Shown here: piece by piece, positions 45,998 to 59,768 of the stretch
How positions within the stretch are numbered: position 1 is the first letter of the stretch
Layout of the letters: every line of letters starts with the position of its first letter
Assembly: GCF_009914755.1 (NCBI RefSeq)
Contig: NC_060939.1
Length of the DNA stretch: 64,000 bases
Reading direction: 5' to 3' (one strand)
Source of the DNA: the human T2T-CHM13v2.0 reference genome, Homo sapiens
Program-made: the position numbers and the translations under genes
The notes under the pieces: generated by a model
The model's input: the letters and a program-made list of their open reading frames with translations, nothing else
What the model was told of the DNA's origin: nothing
Databases searched by the model: none

Positions 45998-47809
45998 GTT
46001 TCTTTTCATTGCACCATCACAATAACTTGTTGAGGTACTTTACTCAGTTTCCTTGTCTCTAAAACAGAGAAAACTATCTAACTGGAGCATTTTGAAGATT
46101 AAGGGAATTAATGTAAAACACTTAGAGCAACATCAGGCACATAAGGGCTACAGCTCACCTTTTTTATTTTTATCATCATCATCCTCAGCAACAGCATCCC
46201 AAGTTCTAAAATAAAGAAACTAACACATTGAGAATGAAATAATTTGACCAAAATCAAAAAACTGGTGAGTGTCAGAACAGGAATGAACCACACCCATGCC
46301 TGTCTGCGACATTGCCCCTCCAACCAGAGCTGAGCTTGTCACAGGCCAATGGCCTCCCAGCCCTTGGCACCTTTTCACAAGTTACTCCTTCTGTCTGGCA
46401 AACTCGTACTGATCCGTTAAGACAGCTTTTCTGTGTTCCTGCGGAACCATGGTATCTGATTGACTACCAGAAGGTGAACTGTTTTGGAGTCCTTCCCTGC
46501 TCTTTCTTAATTATCTTTCTATTCCCAGGTCATTGAAGAGTACCAAGCATATGGTTAATCTCCAAATACACATTGGATAAATGTGTATATGAATATATAA
46601 GTATATGTATTTATCTCATGGTGAAGATGTTGGCTTCATGCAAGAGAATGAGATGAAAATTTGTTTCATTTAGGAACCCTGGTGGAAACTTGGGATTAAA
46701 CTACTCTAATGGCCACAATTTACCTCATGACTGAGCTGTTGAGTGTGAGAGCCAGGAGTATGGAGGCTTGGTGGTAATGGGGGAAAGGGTTTAGGGCCAG
46801 TCATTCTGGAAGGCTCTATAATAGATTATTTCTAGAGAAGAAATGAATATTTCTACAGAAGAATGAATATTTTATTCATTCACTCACTCATTCATGTGTT
46901 TATATTTGTTCGATAAATATTTATATCTCCTACAGTTAAATCCTCCTAGAATATCTCTGCCCTTCCTGGTTGCAGAAAAGGCTTGGCAAAAAAAAATAAA
47001 AGAGACAGACTTTGAAATAATTTGAGACATGGAATCAGGTCCTTGGGTAAATCATTTAACCTCTTTAAACGCTGGCTTCTGAATAACAGCTTCCATCTAC
47101 TGGGGGCCCATGAAATGGTCCTGGGGTATTTGCACACCAGCTGTTTGATCCTCTTAAGCCTTTGATGCCTATCTATCAAGGATATTTGTGCCAGGACTAG
47201 GGACAATGAACTTACGGCACTTAGAACCAACCAGGCAGGTAGGGAGTATTCATCTCCTATTATTCAGAAGGGATGTCAATCAGTATGCAAACTGTGTCTC
47301 CAGCCCACCACTACTAGCTTGCACCCCAGGGCTGGTCTGTGCCATGACGTCTTGAGGGCCAACACCCACCCCGTACTTCCCACCAAAGAACCATAATGAA
47401 ATCTAAATTGAACTGTCCTACACACCTGCTCACGGAGCACTCATTGGCTCTGTTCTCCCAGGTTGGGCTTCTATTGAGTCTTGGCAGCTTTTGTTAAAAT
47501 AAATGTTTCTCCTCAACTCAGGTGGATAAAGAATTGAATGCAACAGTTCACGAGTTCATGGTTGCTTGAGGTCAAGTCCAATGGGAAGGGCAGGAGAAGT
47601 TCAGGAAGACTCAGCAGGAGGAGATTCCAGGCAGCAGAAATTCTCACAAACCCAAAGTGGGCAATGCCACAGAGCTCACAGTCCTGGACAGACAGGAGAC
47701 CCAGGCAGGGCTGCAGATATGGGCTTCAGGGTCCAGACCTACTCTCGCCCATGAGCCCAAGAGACTCAGAGAGAGGTTTCCAGTGTGCCACAGGGAAAAC
47801 CAACTAAGC

Positions 47810-48030
47810 TTCGAGTACTGACTGTGTGCCAGGCAGTGGGTGAGATGTAATACGTGCACTACATTTTATTCTCCTTAACAACCCAATGAGTCTGAGTTTA
47901 TCGCTTTACAAGGACCACCCCAAAGTTCAGAGAAGTGAGAAACTTGCCTAAGTCCCACAGCTAACAAGCAACCATGCTGGGAGTGAATCCCAGATCTGCC
48001 TGACTCCACAGCACACACATTTTCCACTGC
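47810..48030 (+). mobile_element. MIR
   Basis: CTGTGTGCCAGGCA...GTTCAGAGAAGTGAGAAACTTGCCTAAGTCCCACAGCTA...CCCAGATCTGCCTGACTCCA. Confidence 0.75.
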
Positions 48031-49297
48031 ACCAAGTTATTTTCTGGACAGGCTGGTTAGCATTTGGGACAGAATTCCATTCTGAATAGGGCATTTATTG
48101 ACAACTGAGACATAGTGGGTATTCAATAAGTGATAGCCGCCATGGTTACTGTTGTTGTTTCAATAGAGTAATAGCAATCATTACCATTCTGGCCAGTCAT
48201 GGTGAGTTACATAAATGTACTCAAGCTTCCAGGACTTAATTCAAACCCACTTCATCACCCATGAAAACTAAGATAATGGGAAAGATGACTTCACCTTGAA
48301 TGGCTGCCCCAAGGATAAGCCCTGTTGGAACATCTCCCCTGCAAAGATACACAAGATTATTTTTTACGAGTGAAACAGTGAGCCCTGATCCTGCAGTTAC
48401 AGGACCACGTGTGCGAGTGAGCACTGTGGCAGATCTGAGCTTTAGTTAAGACTTTACAACAGCACAATGTTATAGGCCCCCAGAGGCTCTGGCTTCTGAC
48501 CTCCTTTGACTGCAGACAAGCCACTGGCTCACTGGAGGAAGACGATTTATCTGACGGCATGCAGAGCCAGCCCTGTATTGCCTTCAGGCTGGGGTGGGCT
48601 AGCTTAAGCCAGAAATGTCTAGTCAGGTGTCTTCAGTGCGGGATTTGTTTGGCGACTATCCACATCTACGAGAATGTGAGACCCAAGCCGACTTTGTTGT
48701 CTTCTTTACTTCCTTACTCTTAAAACCTAGTATGGAGCCTGACCCATGGTGGGCACTCAGTGAATATTGGCAGAATAAATACATTGCAACCATTATCGAG
48801 TGGCCCCATGTGCTGAAGCACCAGGGACAAAGACATGAGTGAGTCAGAGGACAAGCCTAGCCCTCTTCTCCCAGAGCGCCTGGTCAAGGAAGTGTATCAG
48901 AAGGAAGCAGATGATTCTGCTGCTTGCACATCAGTATCAGAAGGAAGTCATCCCAGGGGGTGGCTTTGAAAAAACAGAGAAGGGACTCTCACAAGCCCAG
49001 GAGGTCAAACAAGATCCTGGAGAAGATGAGGTCCTACCTCAGAGGGTAAGTGTGAGTCAGGCCAAGAAAAAGAAGAGTACATTGAGGCAGTAGCAAAAGA
49101 ACAAAAATGGATCTCAGAGAGCACAGGAAAACTCAAGTGGCTCACACAGGCTGGAGCACAGGATGTGGAAGCAAGAGGCCTGGATGAGGTTAGAGACATA
49201 GGAGAAGCCGGATCACCAAGGACCTCACTGTGTCATTCACAGGTGTTCTTTTTACCTAGAGCGGCACTTCCCAGTTAGTTCTCTGGAAGACTTGTTT

Positions 49298-49550
49298 AAG
49301 TGGGAGCGGAACAGTGAGAACACTTGGACACAGGGAGAGGAATAACACACACGGGGGGCCTGTTGGAGTAGGGGATTGATGTGGGGTGGGGAGGGAGAGC
49401 ATTAGGATAAATAGCTAATGCATGCTGGGCTTACTAACTAGGTGACAGGTTGATAGGTGTAGCAAACCGCCATGGCACACATTTACCTATGTAACAAAAC
49501 TGCACATCCTGCATGTGTACCCCAGAACTTAAAATAAAAATAAATAAATA
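49298..49550 (+). mobile_element. Older L1PA (PA13-like) 3' end
   Basis: GAGAGCATTAGGATAAATAGCTAATGCATGCTGGGCTTA...CCCCAGAACTTAAAATAAAA. Confidence 0.8.
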
Positions 49551-50749
49551 AGTTAGTCTCACAAACTGAAAAAAAAAAAAAAAGGTTGCTTGGCAAACAC
49601 AAGCCTCTGTGCTCAAACAGATGAGGGAAGCAGTGTGTTTAATTCCCTCCCCTACAATGCACATTAAACTTCAGAGGTCCAGAAGAGGCCTGCGGTGAAG
49701 AACCCTCCGTAGTGCCCTGTCATAGTCCAGACCCTGCATACACACTGCAAAATGTTTCCCAAAGGCACTCGGGAGTGATGGAAATGTTTTAAGCAAATCA
49801 GTGAGCTGATTTGTCATTATTTATATGTTACAAATGATCATTGGCAACAGGCAACAAGTGAGAAGGCTGAATTCACAGACTACCTCCTTTTGGTGATGGT
49901 GGACTGTATAGTCCTCATCAACCCTCTCTGAAAGTATGTGGAAAAAGGTGGGCGAAATAAAATAACAAGGTATCTTCTTGAAAACATCAAAGAACTACCA
50001 AGGTAGTAAAGAATTACAGGCCAGGATAGATGCCCAGAGAGAGGCAAAATTAACACTCAGAAACACTTTGGTGAGGGGTGGGGCCTGGAAGAGGTGGGCA
50101 AGGAGGTATCTGCTGATTCCCGTCAAGGCTGAAATGCTGAAAATTGGCTATTCATGTGGGAGACAAAAGAAATTAACTCCTGCTTCATAACATGTAGAAA
50201 AATTCTATGTGAATTACAGATCTAAACGTGAAAGGCAACATAGTAATTAATCATAATGACTTCAAGGTTGGAAAATGTTTTTTTAAAAGACGTAAAAGGT
50301 ACCAGCCATTAAGAAAAAGGTTGTTATTTGACTGCACTAAAATCAAGAATTTCTGTTTATCAAGAGACACCATTAAGACAGTGAAGAGGAAGATGGTAAA
50401 GAGATATATGCGACAGAGGTAACTGACAAAGGGTTTATATCCAGAATGAATAAAGAAATTTTGCAAATCAACAACAAAAATGACAGTCAAACCAATAGAA
50501 AAAAAATGTATAACAGGAACTCCAAAATAAAGGATACCCAAATGGATATTAAACAAATGAAAATTGCTGAACATCATGAGTAGTCAGGGAACTGCAAATT
50601 AAAACTACAATAAAACATCACTTACATCACCAGAATGACTAAAATTGAAAAGACTGATGAAACTAAGTACTGGCAAGCACATGAAGTAATGGGAGCTCTC
50701 AAATGCTACTGGTAGGATTGTAAATTGGTACAAGAAGTTTGGAAAACCG

Positions 50750-51370
<621 letters not shown>

Positions 51371-52049
51371 AAGTTTGGAAAACTGGAACTAGCTACTAAG
51401 ATGGAAGATATGTAGACCCTACAAATTATGAATTCCAATCTGAGAAATAGGCTCAACCAAAATCTGTGCACATGTGCACCAACAGACATGCATGAGAATG
51501 TCCATAGCAGCATTATTCAGAAAGGCCCCAAACCAGAAGCAATCTACATGTCCATCCACAGAAGAATGGGTAAATAAAATTGTGGCATGTTTATACAATG
51601 GAATTCTAAATCACAGTGCACTCAAAATATGGATAAAGCTCTTGAACACAGCATTGAGTGAAAGTAGCCAAACACACAAGAATGCATACTGTGGGAACCC
51701 CTTTATATGCAGTTAAATTAAAAAGGTAAAATCCAACCATAGTGTCAAAATTCAGATTATTGGGAAAGGATTGAGGACATAATGATTGGGAGGGCAGAGA
51801 AAGTTTCTGGGGTCCTGGCAAGGTTCTAATTGTAGCACTGAATGTTTACTTGTTGATAATTCATGGAGCTCTACAGGATGCTTTGTGCCTTTTTGTATGT
51901 GTTCAATGTCAAAATAAAATAAAAGATTTTAAAAAGTATTGAAGGAGAAGTGAGAGAAGTGAGACTAGAATTAGGAAGACATCGGCAATATCTGGACCAA
52001 AAATGAGCCAGCGGCAGTGAAAATGGAAAAGGAAAGTCAATCTGTTCGA

Positions 52050-53010
52050 TAACAAGAGTTTCTTACTTTGAAAGCTAACATTGAGGAGAGCTGCCACAAT
52101 TTCAATGGATCTAACCCATCAAGTATTTTTACATCCGTAAGTTCATAATCACTTTAAGGGAAAATAAATCACTCTCAGAGGCTGACAGGGAACCAACTTG
52201 TTATCTTGAAAACTGGTAAACAAAGAGAAACAATCAGTGTTTATTTTGCCTTTTTTTACATGAACTGGACAAGTGAGTCACCAAGAGGTAGATGGGGGCA
52301 GCCTCTCATTATAAAAGAAGTCCAACTTATAAATGGCAAAGAAATTATAAAGTTAGAATATCACTTTTTGTGCAGCCCCCTATGAAGTAATAAACCTAGA
52401 AATTGCACATCAATGGCAGTTTGCGTCATAAAAAAGGGACAACCGGAAGTCAGGTATCTTCTGTGAAGAAACACAGCGCTGCCTATCAGTCTGGCTAAAG
52501 GAGTCTAGCCTGAGTCTGAGCAAGCCTCAGGAGCCACTGCTTGTGCAAGAAACGCAGACTGGAGAGGAGCATGTTAGTTGCACCATGCGTGTACAATCCG
52601 CAAAAGCCTGTGTATGGAAAATTGCAGGTCAAAGGAACCAGTTCCTTCACCAGATAAACTGCAAAAAGAGAAAATGTAGATTTAAAAGGGTCTTAGAAGA
52701 CATGTAGCTTTTTTAAGGGCAAAATTATATCATAATGTCTGGTGATGCACATCTACGCAATAAAATAAAAGAAAACACAAGGAAATAATTTCTACAAAAG
52801 TCAAGACACTGGCTACTTTTGTGGGGAGAGAGGGGTCTGTGATAGGGATAGAGCAAGTCGGGGGCCGGGCTTCTAGAGAGGATGGCAAAGATCTATATCT
52901 TGCCTGGGGTAATGCTTACAGGAAGTTCACCTCATGATAATCCATTCAGTCATACATTGGTGGTGTGCGGTTTTCTGTATCTGTGTTTTTCTTTTCAGTA
53001 AAAATATTTT
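52050..53010 (+). mobile_element. L1MC-like 3'UTR
   Basis: TTATCTTGAAAACTGGTAAA...AGATTTAAAAGGGTCTTAGAAGACAT...GCGGTTTTCTGTATCTGTGTT. Confidence 0.55.
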
Positions 53011-53770
53011 TGTATCCTAGCATTAACTTGTCATATAGTACAATAAGCTACCTAAACAGAAATTTAAATTCTTTGAGGTTCTAAAAGAAGGAAATATTAA
53101 ACACACAGTATTTACATAGCATGTGATAATTTTACAGAAACGTTCATCTTCATTGCCTCCTGTCATGATTACACAAATTGGTGGTGGTATTATTCTGCCC
53201 ACTTCACAGATAAGGAACATACGGGTTCATGTTTGCCGTGTTTCTTTTGCCCATCTTTTTTCCAACTCCAAATTCCATACCTTTTCTTCTAATAGTTATT
53301 AAAATACCCTTTTACCATGGATTCTGTGGCCCATCTATTCCAATCATTACCAATGGAAATTCCAATAAGACAAAAACTCAGTTATACAATAGAAAAGTAA
53401 TTCAATGAGAAAAAATACTTGAGAAGAAGACAAAATTTCAAAACCCAGTGAGCAACTCATAGGGTTACTAGTAATAACCTTTGGTCACATACAGACATTA
53501 AAATCTATGGAACTGTGCATAATTCCGTGAAAGGAACTGAGGAAAGAATATGCAGTTTTTATCCATATTTAGTATATTCCATAATAGCAAAACAACCTAA
53601 ATTATCAGCAGAATAATGAATGTACATATGGGTATGTTTATATGATGTATTATTATTTAAAAAATAATAAATCTCAAAAATATATTGTGAAAGAAAAGCA
53701 TCTCCCTCCCAAAACATCTCACCCTCCTCTTCTTTCTGCTTCCTAAGATATGTCACTCCATCTCCTTGTC

Positions 53771-54701
53771 TTTTCTTTTTTAATTTTTTTTTTTTTAAGT
53801 TCGGGGATACATGTGCTGAACGTGCAGGTTTGTTACATAGGTATACATGTGCCATGGTTGTTTGCTGCACTTATCAACCCGTCATCTAGGTTTTAAGCTC
53901 CACATGCTTTAGGTATTTGTCTTAATGCTCTCCCTCCCCTTTCCCCCCTACCCTCCTACAGGCCGCAGTGGGTGATGTTCCCCTCCCTGTGTTTATGTGT
54001 TCTCATTGTTCAGCTCCCACATGTGAGTGAGAACATGTGATGTCTCGTTTTCTGTTCCTGTGTTAGTTTCATGAAGATGATGGTTTCCAGCTTCATCCAC
54101 GTCCCTGCAAAGGACATGAACTCATTCTTTTTTATGGCTGCATAGTACTCCATGGTACATATGTGCCACATTTTCTTTATCCAGTTTATCATTGATGGGC
54201 ATTTGGGTTGGTTCCAAGTCTTTGCTATTGTAAATAGTGCTGTAATAAATATACAAGGAACTTAAATTTACAAGGAAAAAACAGCCTCATCAAAAAGGAA
54301 CTTAAATTTACAAGGAAAAAACAACCCCATCAAAAAGTGTGTCAAGGATATGAACAGATACTTCTCAAAAGAATACATTTATGAGGCCAACAAACATATG
54401 AAAAAAAGCTCATCGTCACTGGTCATTAGAGAAATGCAAATCAAAACCACAATGAGATACCATCTCACACCAGTTAGAATGGTGATCATTACAAAGTCAG
54501 GAAACAACAGATGCTGGAGAGGATGTGGAGAAATAGGAATACTTTTACACTGTTGGTGGGAGTGTAAGTTAGTTCAACCACTGTGGAAGACAGTGTGGCA
54601 ATTCCTCAAGGAGATAGAACCAGAAATACCGTTTGACCTAGCAATCCCATTACTGGGTATATACCCAAAGGATTATAAATCATTCTACTATAAAGACACA
54701 T
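53771..54701 (-). mobile_element. L1PA (PA7-10-like) with 5' inversion (twin priming)
   Basis: 3' end is antisense at 53771-54254 and the upstream ORF2 segment is sense at 54255-54701. TSD TCC(A/T)TCTCCTT(G/T)TC (53757-53770 / 54701-54714). Confidence 0.9.
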
Positions 54702-54879
54702 CCTTCTCCTTTTCCATATGGCCACTAACCTAGCCCACCAACGTGAGCTCTTAGCAAGATTGTTGTACAAACCCTTCACTGTCATCTTTGTTTTGAACTT
54801 TGCCCTGCTCCTCTGCAAAGTCATCTTTCCAGGGGGACATAAAGAGAAAGCTTCTAACCAGAGACTTCCAGGGCACACA

Positions 54880-55140
54880 TACCTGTAACTAAATCCTGTC
54901 TCTACCATTTGTAGTCATATGAACTTGGGCAAATCATATAAGATCTTTGAGTCTTCATTTCATTATCTGGAAAATGGGAATAATCATTGTTCTGACCTAG
55001 AGGAAACAGATCATTTATCTTCTAAACCAGAGTCACTATTCTAACCACATAGGGTTTTGAAGGCACATGGGATAATAACAGTAAAAGTACCCAGTAGAGA
55101 GCTTGGAACTTTGTAAGCACTCAGCAAATGTGAATTATTG
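54880..55140 (-). mobile_element. MIR
   Basis: GAACTTGGGCAAATCA...TCATTATCTGGAAAATGGGAATAAT...GTAAGCACTCAGCAAATG. Confidence 0.65.
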
Positions 55141-55169
55141 TTAATACATCACTTCTCTGCCTGTTGGGC

Positions 55170-55627
55170 TCCACTGCCTTGAGAATCAAGTCTAAACTGC
55201 TTAGCATGGCCTACGAGGCCTTGCTTATCTCCCCAGCCCACCCCTGCCACTGCCCCTCTTGTTGTCCAAGCCACAGCCACACTTACTGAAACTCTCTGAA
55301 TGTCCCGTGTTCCCTCTAGTCCGGATCGTTACACAGGATCTTCACTTTACCTGGAACATCTCCCATCCCCTTTACCTGGGCAGCTTCTTTCCATGCTCCA
55401 GGCCTCAGCTTATTTGTCACCTCTTCTTGCTTTTCATTTCCACAGACACTTGTGTTTCCGCTGTCATTATGCATCACACTGTATTGATTGACAAGAATCC
55501 ATCTTTCCCTTGATGTGCAACTGCTCATCTGCCTTGCTGATCAGCATATTCCCTGTGCCAGGCACAATGTCTGGGACGCAGCAGGTTCTAAATAATCCTT
55601 TTGGAGTGGATGAATGAATGAATGAAC
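55170..55627 (+). mobile_element. L2 3' region
   Basis: AGTCTAAACTGCTTAGCATGGCCTACGAGGCC...GGCACAATGTCTGGGACGCAGCAGG...TGAATGAATGAATGAA. Confidence 0.7.
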
Positions 55628-57236
55628 AAAAGCTGAACATTTATAGGTAAAATGGCCTCTCCACCTTCCCTGTAACTTCACTCTAAGCAAGAGACCTCCT
55701 CAATTTGGTTCCTTGTGAGTAGGGGTGGGGTGAGGTAGCACTCTCTTCCCTCCTATGTCTTGAAGAATTTCATTATCAGTCTCACCCCAGGCTCATTCCA
55801 CTGTCTGTTTATTCTGGAGGTGTCTCTCTTCCACTCACTTCTTATTCCTAACTTCAGAAATCATCATACAATGTGTTGACCTTTCCTGATATCCTGCTCA
55901 ATCTCTTTTTAGATCCTTGCCCCTTTTACAAATATAAAAGCTCAATACCCTATCCCCAAGATTCTGAAATCCCTTCAAATTCCACCAGTTAGAAAGCAGA
56001 AATTTGCATTAATATTGTAAATCACATTCTGAACATATTTTTTCCACTTTTCCCAGTACATGCACGTCCACCCACCATCCTGACATAGGCCTCCTGGAAA
56101 AAGCATGCTCCCTCTCTCCCCTCCCCACTACCACCAGGGGGAATCCCTGCTCTAACCTTCCGTCTTGTGGCCTTTTCAGCAACCATTTAGGATAGGCCTT
56201 TCCCTGTCCCAGTAAGACTGAAAGGGCATTCAGAGAGCTGTGGCCCAAGAAGATTTGATGTCCACCCAAATGAACTGATATTATATCTCCTCCTAAAAGT
56301 ATAGGCTCTTCTCAGTGACCCTACCCATGCCCCCATCCAAAGCAAGAAGGTCTTCTCTATGATCTGGCCAAGTCAGGCATCTTTGCAAGAGCTGGGAACA
56401 TGTAAGGATCTGCGAGGTGCAATAAAGTGAGGTGTACCTGCATTATGACTTTCTAGGTCATAAATTCTCCTTTGGTTTGAGATTATTTCTGTAGATTCAA
56501 GTCCCTGACAATTGCAGTGGAATTTTAAGCAGAGATTTGGCCATACTTCTGGAATCAGATTAGCTTCCGAATTTGATATGACCAGGATTACTTCAAAGGC
56601 AGCTGCGGTTTCATAAAATAGAGGCTCCCTGCTGTAGGCACTTCTTGTAGAGCTTAGGAATGCACCCCTGGGGGATGGCAGGCAGTCTGAATTTCTTCCA
56701 CCAGGTCAGAGAGTCAATGTCACAGCTAAAATCTGCACCTGGGGCGGGACAACTGGAAACAGCCTCAGGAGAATGAGGGCAGATTGTCAGCGTGTAAAGG
56801 GAAAGGATTTCTGCCTTGGAGAGTCACTGCTCATTTTCCTTGCAAAAAAGGCCCAGGCTCTGCTTTTGCCCATCCAGTCTTTACCCCTGGTGTGAGAGTG
56901 GGGCCAGCTACTGACCAGACCTCCTCACCTTCTGCTCTTACCTTCTGTCCCCTGTTGGTGAGAAGTAAGGTCTCTGGCCTTTGCAAAGTGGGGAAGCTAG
57001 TTCCATGCTAGCGGTTCTAAAATGGGATACTTTTTAAATAGAAACGGGGGGGAAGATTTGCTGAAAGAGTCAGAAGACCCAGGAGAAGCCCATGAGTGTA
57101 CACCCTTCCTTTTCTGGGCCCCACAACACGGTTCACATCACCCTCCACCCCTTTGCTAATGTTCCTCTCTCCCTGAACTTCTTCAGCACACAATTCAGGT
57201 CTCCCCTTGGACTCTGGGTTCTCCCCAAAGCAGATT

Positions 57237-57735
<499 letters not shown>

Positions 57736-59271
57736 TAGACCCCAAGACCCCAAGGTCACCCCAGGAAGCACTGTGAGGAAGCGAGGGAGTGAGACAAGGG
57801 AGGGAGCAGAGCAAGTTGTCATTGCAGGCAACTGGGGTTCAACCCATTGACCTCTAGGAGCCAGTGTAGGCAGGCCCCTGAACTGACTCATTGAGAGTTG
57901 AGAAAAATAGGGTGTTTATTCACCAGCTTTTATCCCTCACTGGCTGGGGGTTGTTCCTGGGGTGTTGATTTCCTGGCACTAGCACTGGCCCCACCCCTTC
58001 ATCAAGCCCGGAGGCAGCACCCAGGCTAATAGATGCAGAAATCCCTGGTGACCTGTAAGGGATGTGTCTGCAGGTATCTAGAGTGCTTCCAGGGCAGACA
58101 GACAAGACCCCAAGGTGTCTATTCCATTCCCTTTGTCTTTGTAGTCCCCCTGCTTTCTCTTTTGTGGGTCTGGGGGTGGGGGTCTAGCACACAGAGGATC
58201 AATATGTATAGACTGAAAAATGGAAGAGTGGAGAGAGGTGGGAAAAGCTGATGAAGTCCTCCCTTCTGCGGCCTTAAAGCTGGGCTTAGGCCACTCACTT
58301 CAAAAGTTCCCAGTGCACTCAAAGCACAGGTAATGAGGAGCCTCTGTGTACCTGGATGGCCTGGCCATGTCTGCACGCCAGGCTTCTGCCCCTTCACAGG
58401 GTGAGCAGCAAAACTGCATTGTCATGCCATCTAGGGGACACTTGCATTCCACTCGGGGGCTCTCCATCATGGTGGCCCTGAGAACCAGCTCATACTCCTG
58501 CACACTGTGGTCAGTTGTGCTGGGTGCATTTTACAATTCCTGGTTTCCTGAAAAAAAAAAAAATAGCTGCTCATACACCCATTTCTGGTAGTGATGCCTC
58601 TCTCCAGCCAGCTCCTATGCCATCTCCTCGGGCTAGACACTCTCCAGGAAGTCACATTTCATTTCATCACAGAGTATTTTTAAAGTTGGAGTCTGAGGAT
58701 GAAGACAAAGAAGTCCCCTGTGCCACAGGAAGAAAAATTAATGAATCTGTAAATTTGGGGTTCATTAACTTTTTGGAAAAATTTTATATTTTTAGATCTA
58801 TTTTGTAGATTACGAGAACCGATACTATTACTAAACAAGTGTGAGTTTTGAAGTCTTTCAAATATTTAAATATAAACTCTAAGAAAAGTTTCAAAAAGAA
58901 AGAAAGAAATGAAGTGGGGCCACTAATATTAGCAAGCAATACTTAAAGGAGATATAGCAAACGTGAAGCACAGAGCCGGGAACAGAGTGGACGCACAGCA
59001 AGGGCTGTCGTCTCAAATGGGGTGTTGTGGGTTCCTTTGGATAACAAGGAAAACTGAAAAGGAGAAACAGACAGAAAGCAATAGAGGAAGTGGGTGGGGG
59101 CAGAGAAAAGAAAGGAGAGGATCTGCAGGTGAAGGAGAAGAAAGTGGATGAAAGATCAATGAGGGAGATGAATAAAAAAGGAAAATGAGCAATTAACCCA
59201 CAAGGAAATTGGAGACCCTACTCAGCATTTTCTTTGACCTCTTCAACGAGAGTTGGATGTAAAAGATCTAG

Positions 59272-59768
59272 GGTGATGGGCAGAATAATGCCTCCCTCCA
59301 AAAGATGTCCACCTCCTAATCCAGGAACTTGTCAATACGTTACCTTACATGGCAAAAGGGACTTTGCAGATGTGATTAAGCTTAAGAACCTGGAGACGGG
59401 GAGCGTATCTGGAACTACCCAGGTGGGTCCAATCTAGTCACATGAGACGAAAAATGGGCAACACTTTTTGGCTGTGGTGAGAGACAGGGGTAGTCTGAAA
59501 AGGCCTCCACATCCCCTTGCTGGTTCTGAAACGCGAGGCTCGGTGCCAAGGACTAGAGAGAGGCCTCTGGAGGCTGGAAATGGCAGGGAAACGCACTGTC
59601 CCCTTGAGCCTTCAGGGAGGAACTCACCCCCGCCCACATCTTAATTTCAGTCCCCGGAGACTCAAGTGGGATTTCTGACCTCCAGAACGGCAAGATCATA
59701 AATTTGTGTTCTTGCAAGCCACCAAGTTCGTGGTAATTTTTTACAGCAGCAGAAGAAAAACAAATACA
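59272..59768 (+). mobile_element. MLT1D MaLR LTR
   Basis: GGCAGAATAATG...TTACCTTACATGGCAAAAGGGACTTTGCAGATGTGATTAAG...AAATACA with TSD TCTAG/CCTAG. Confidence 0.85.
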
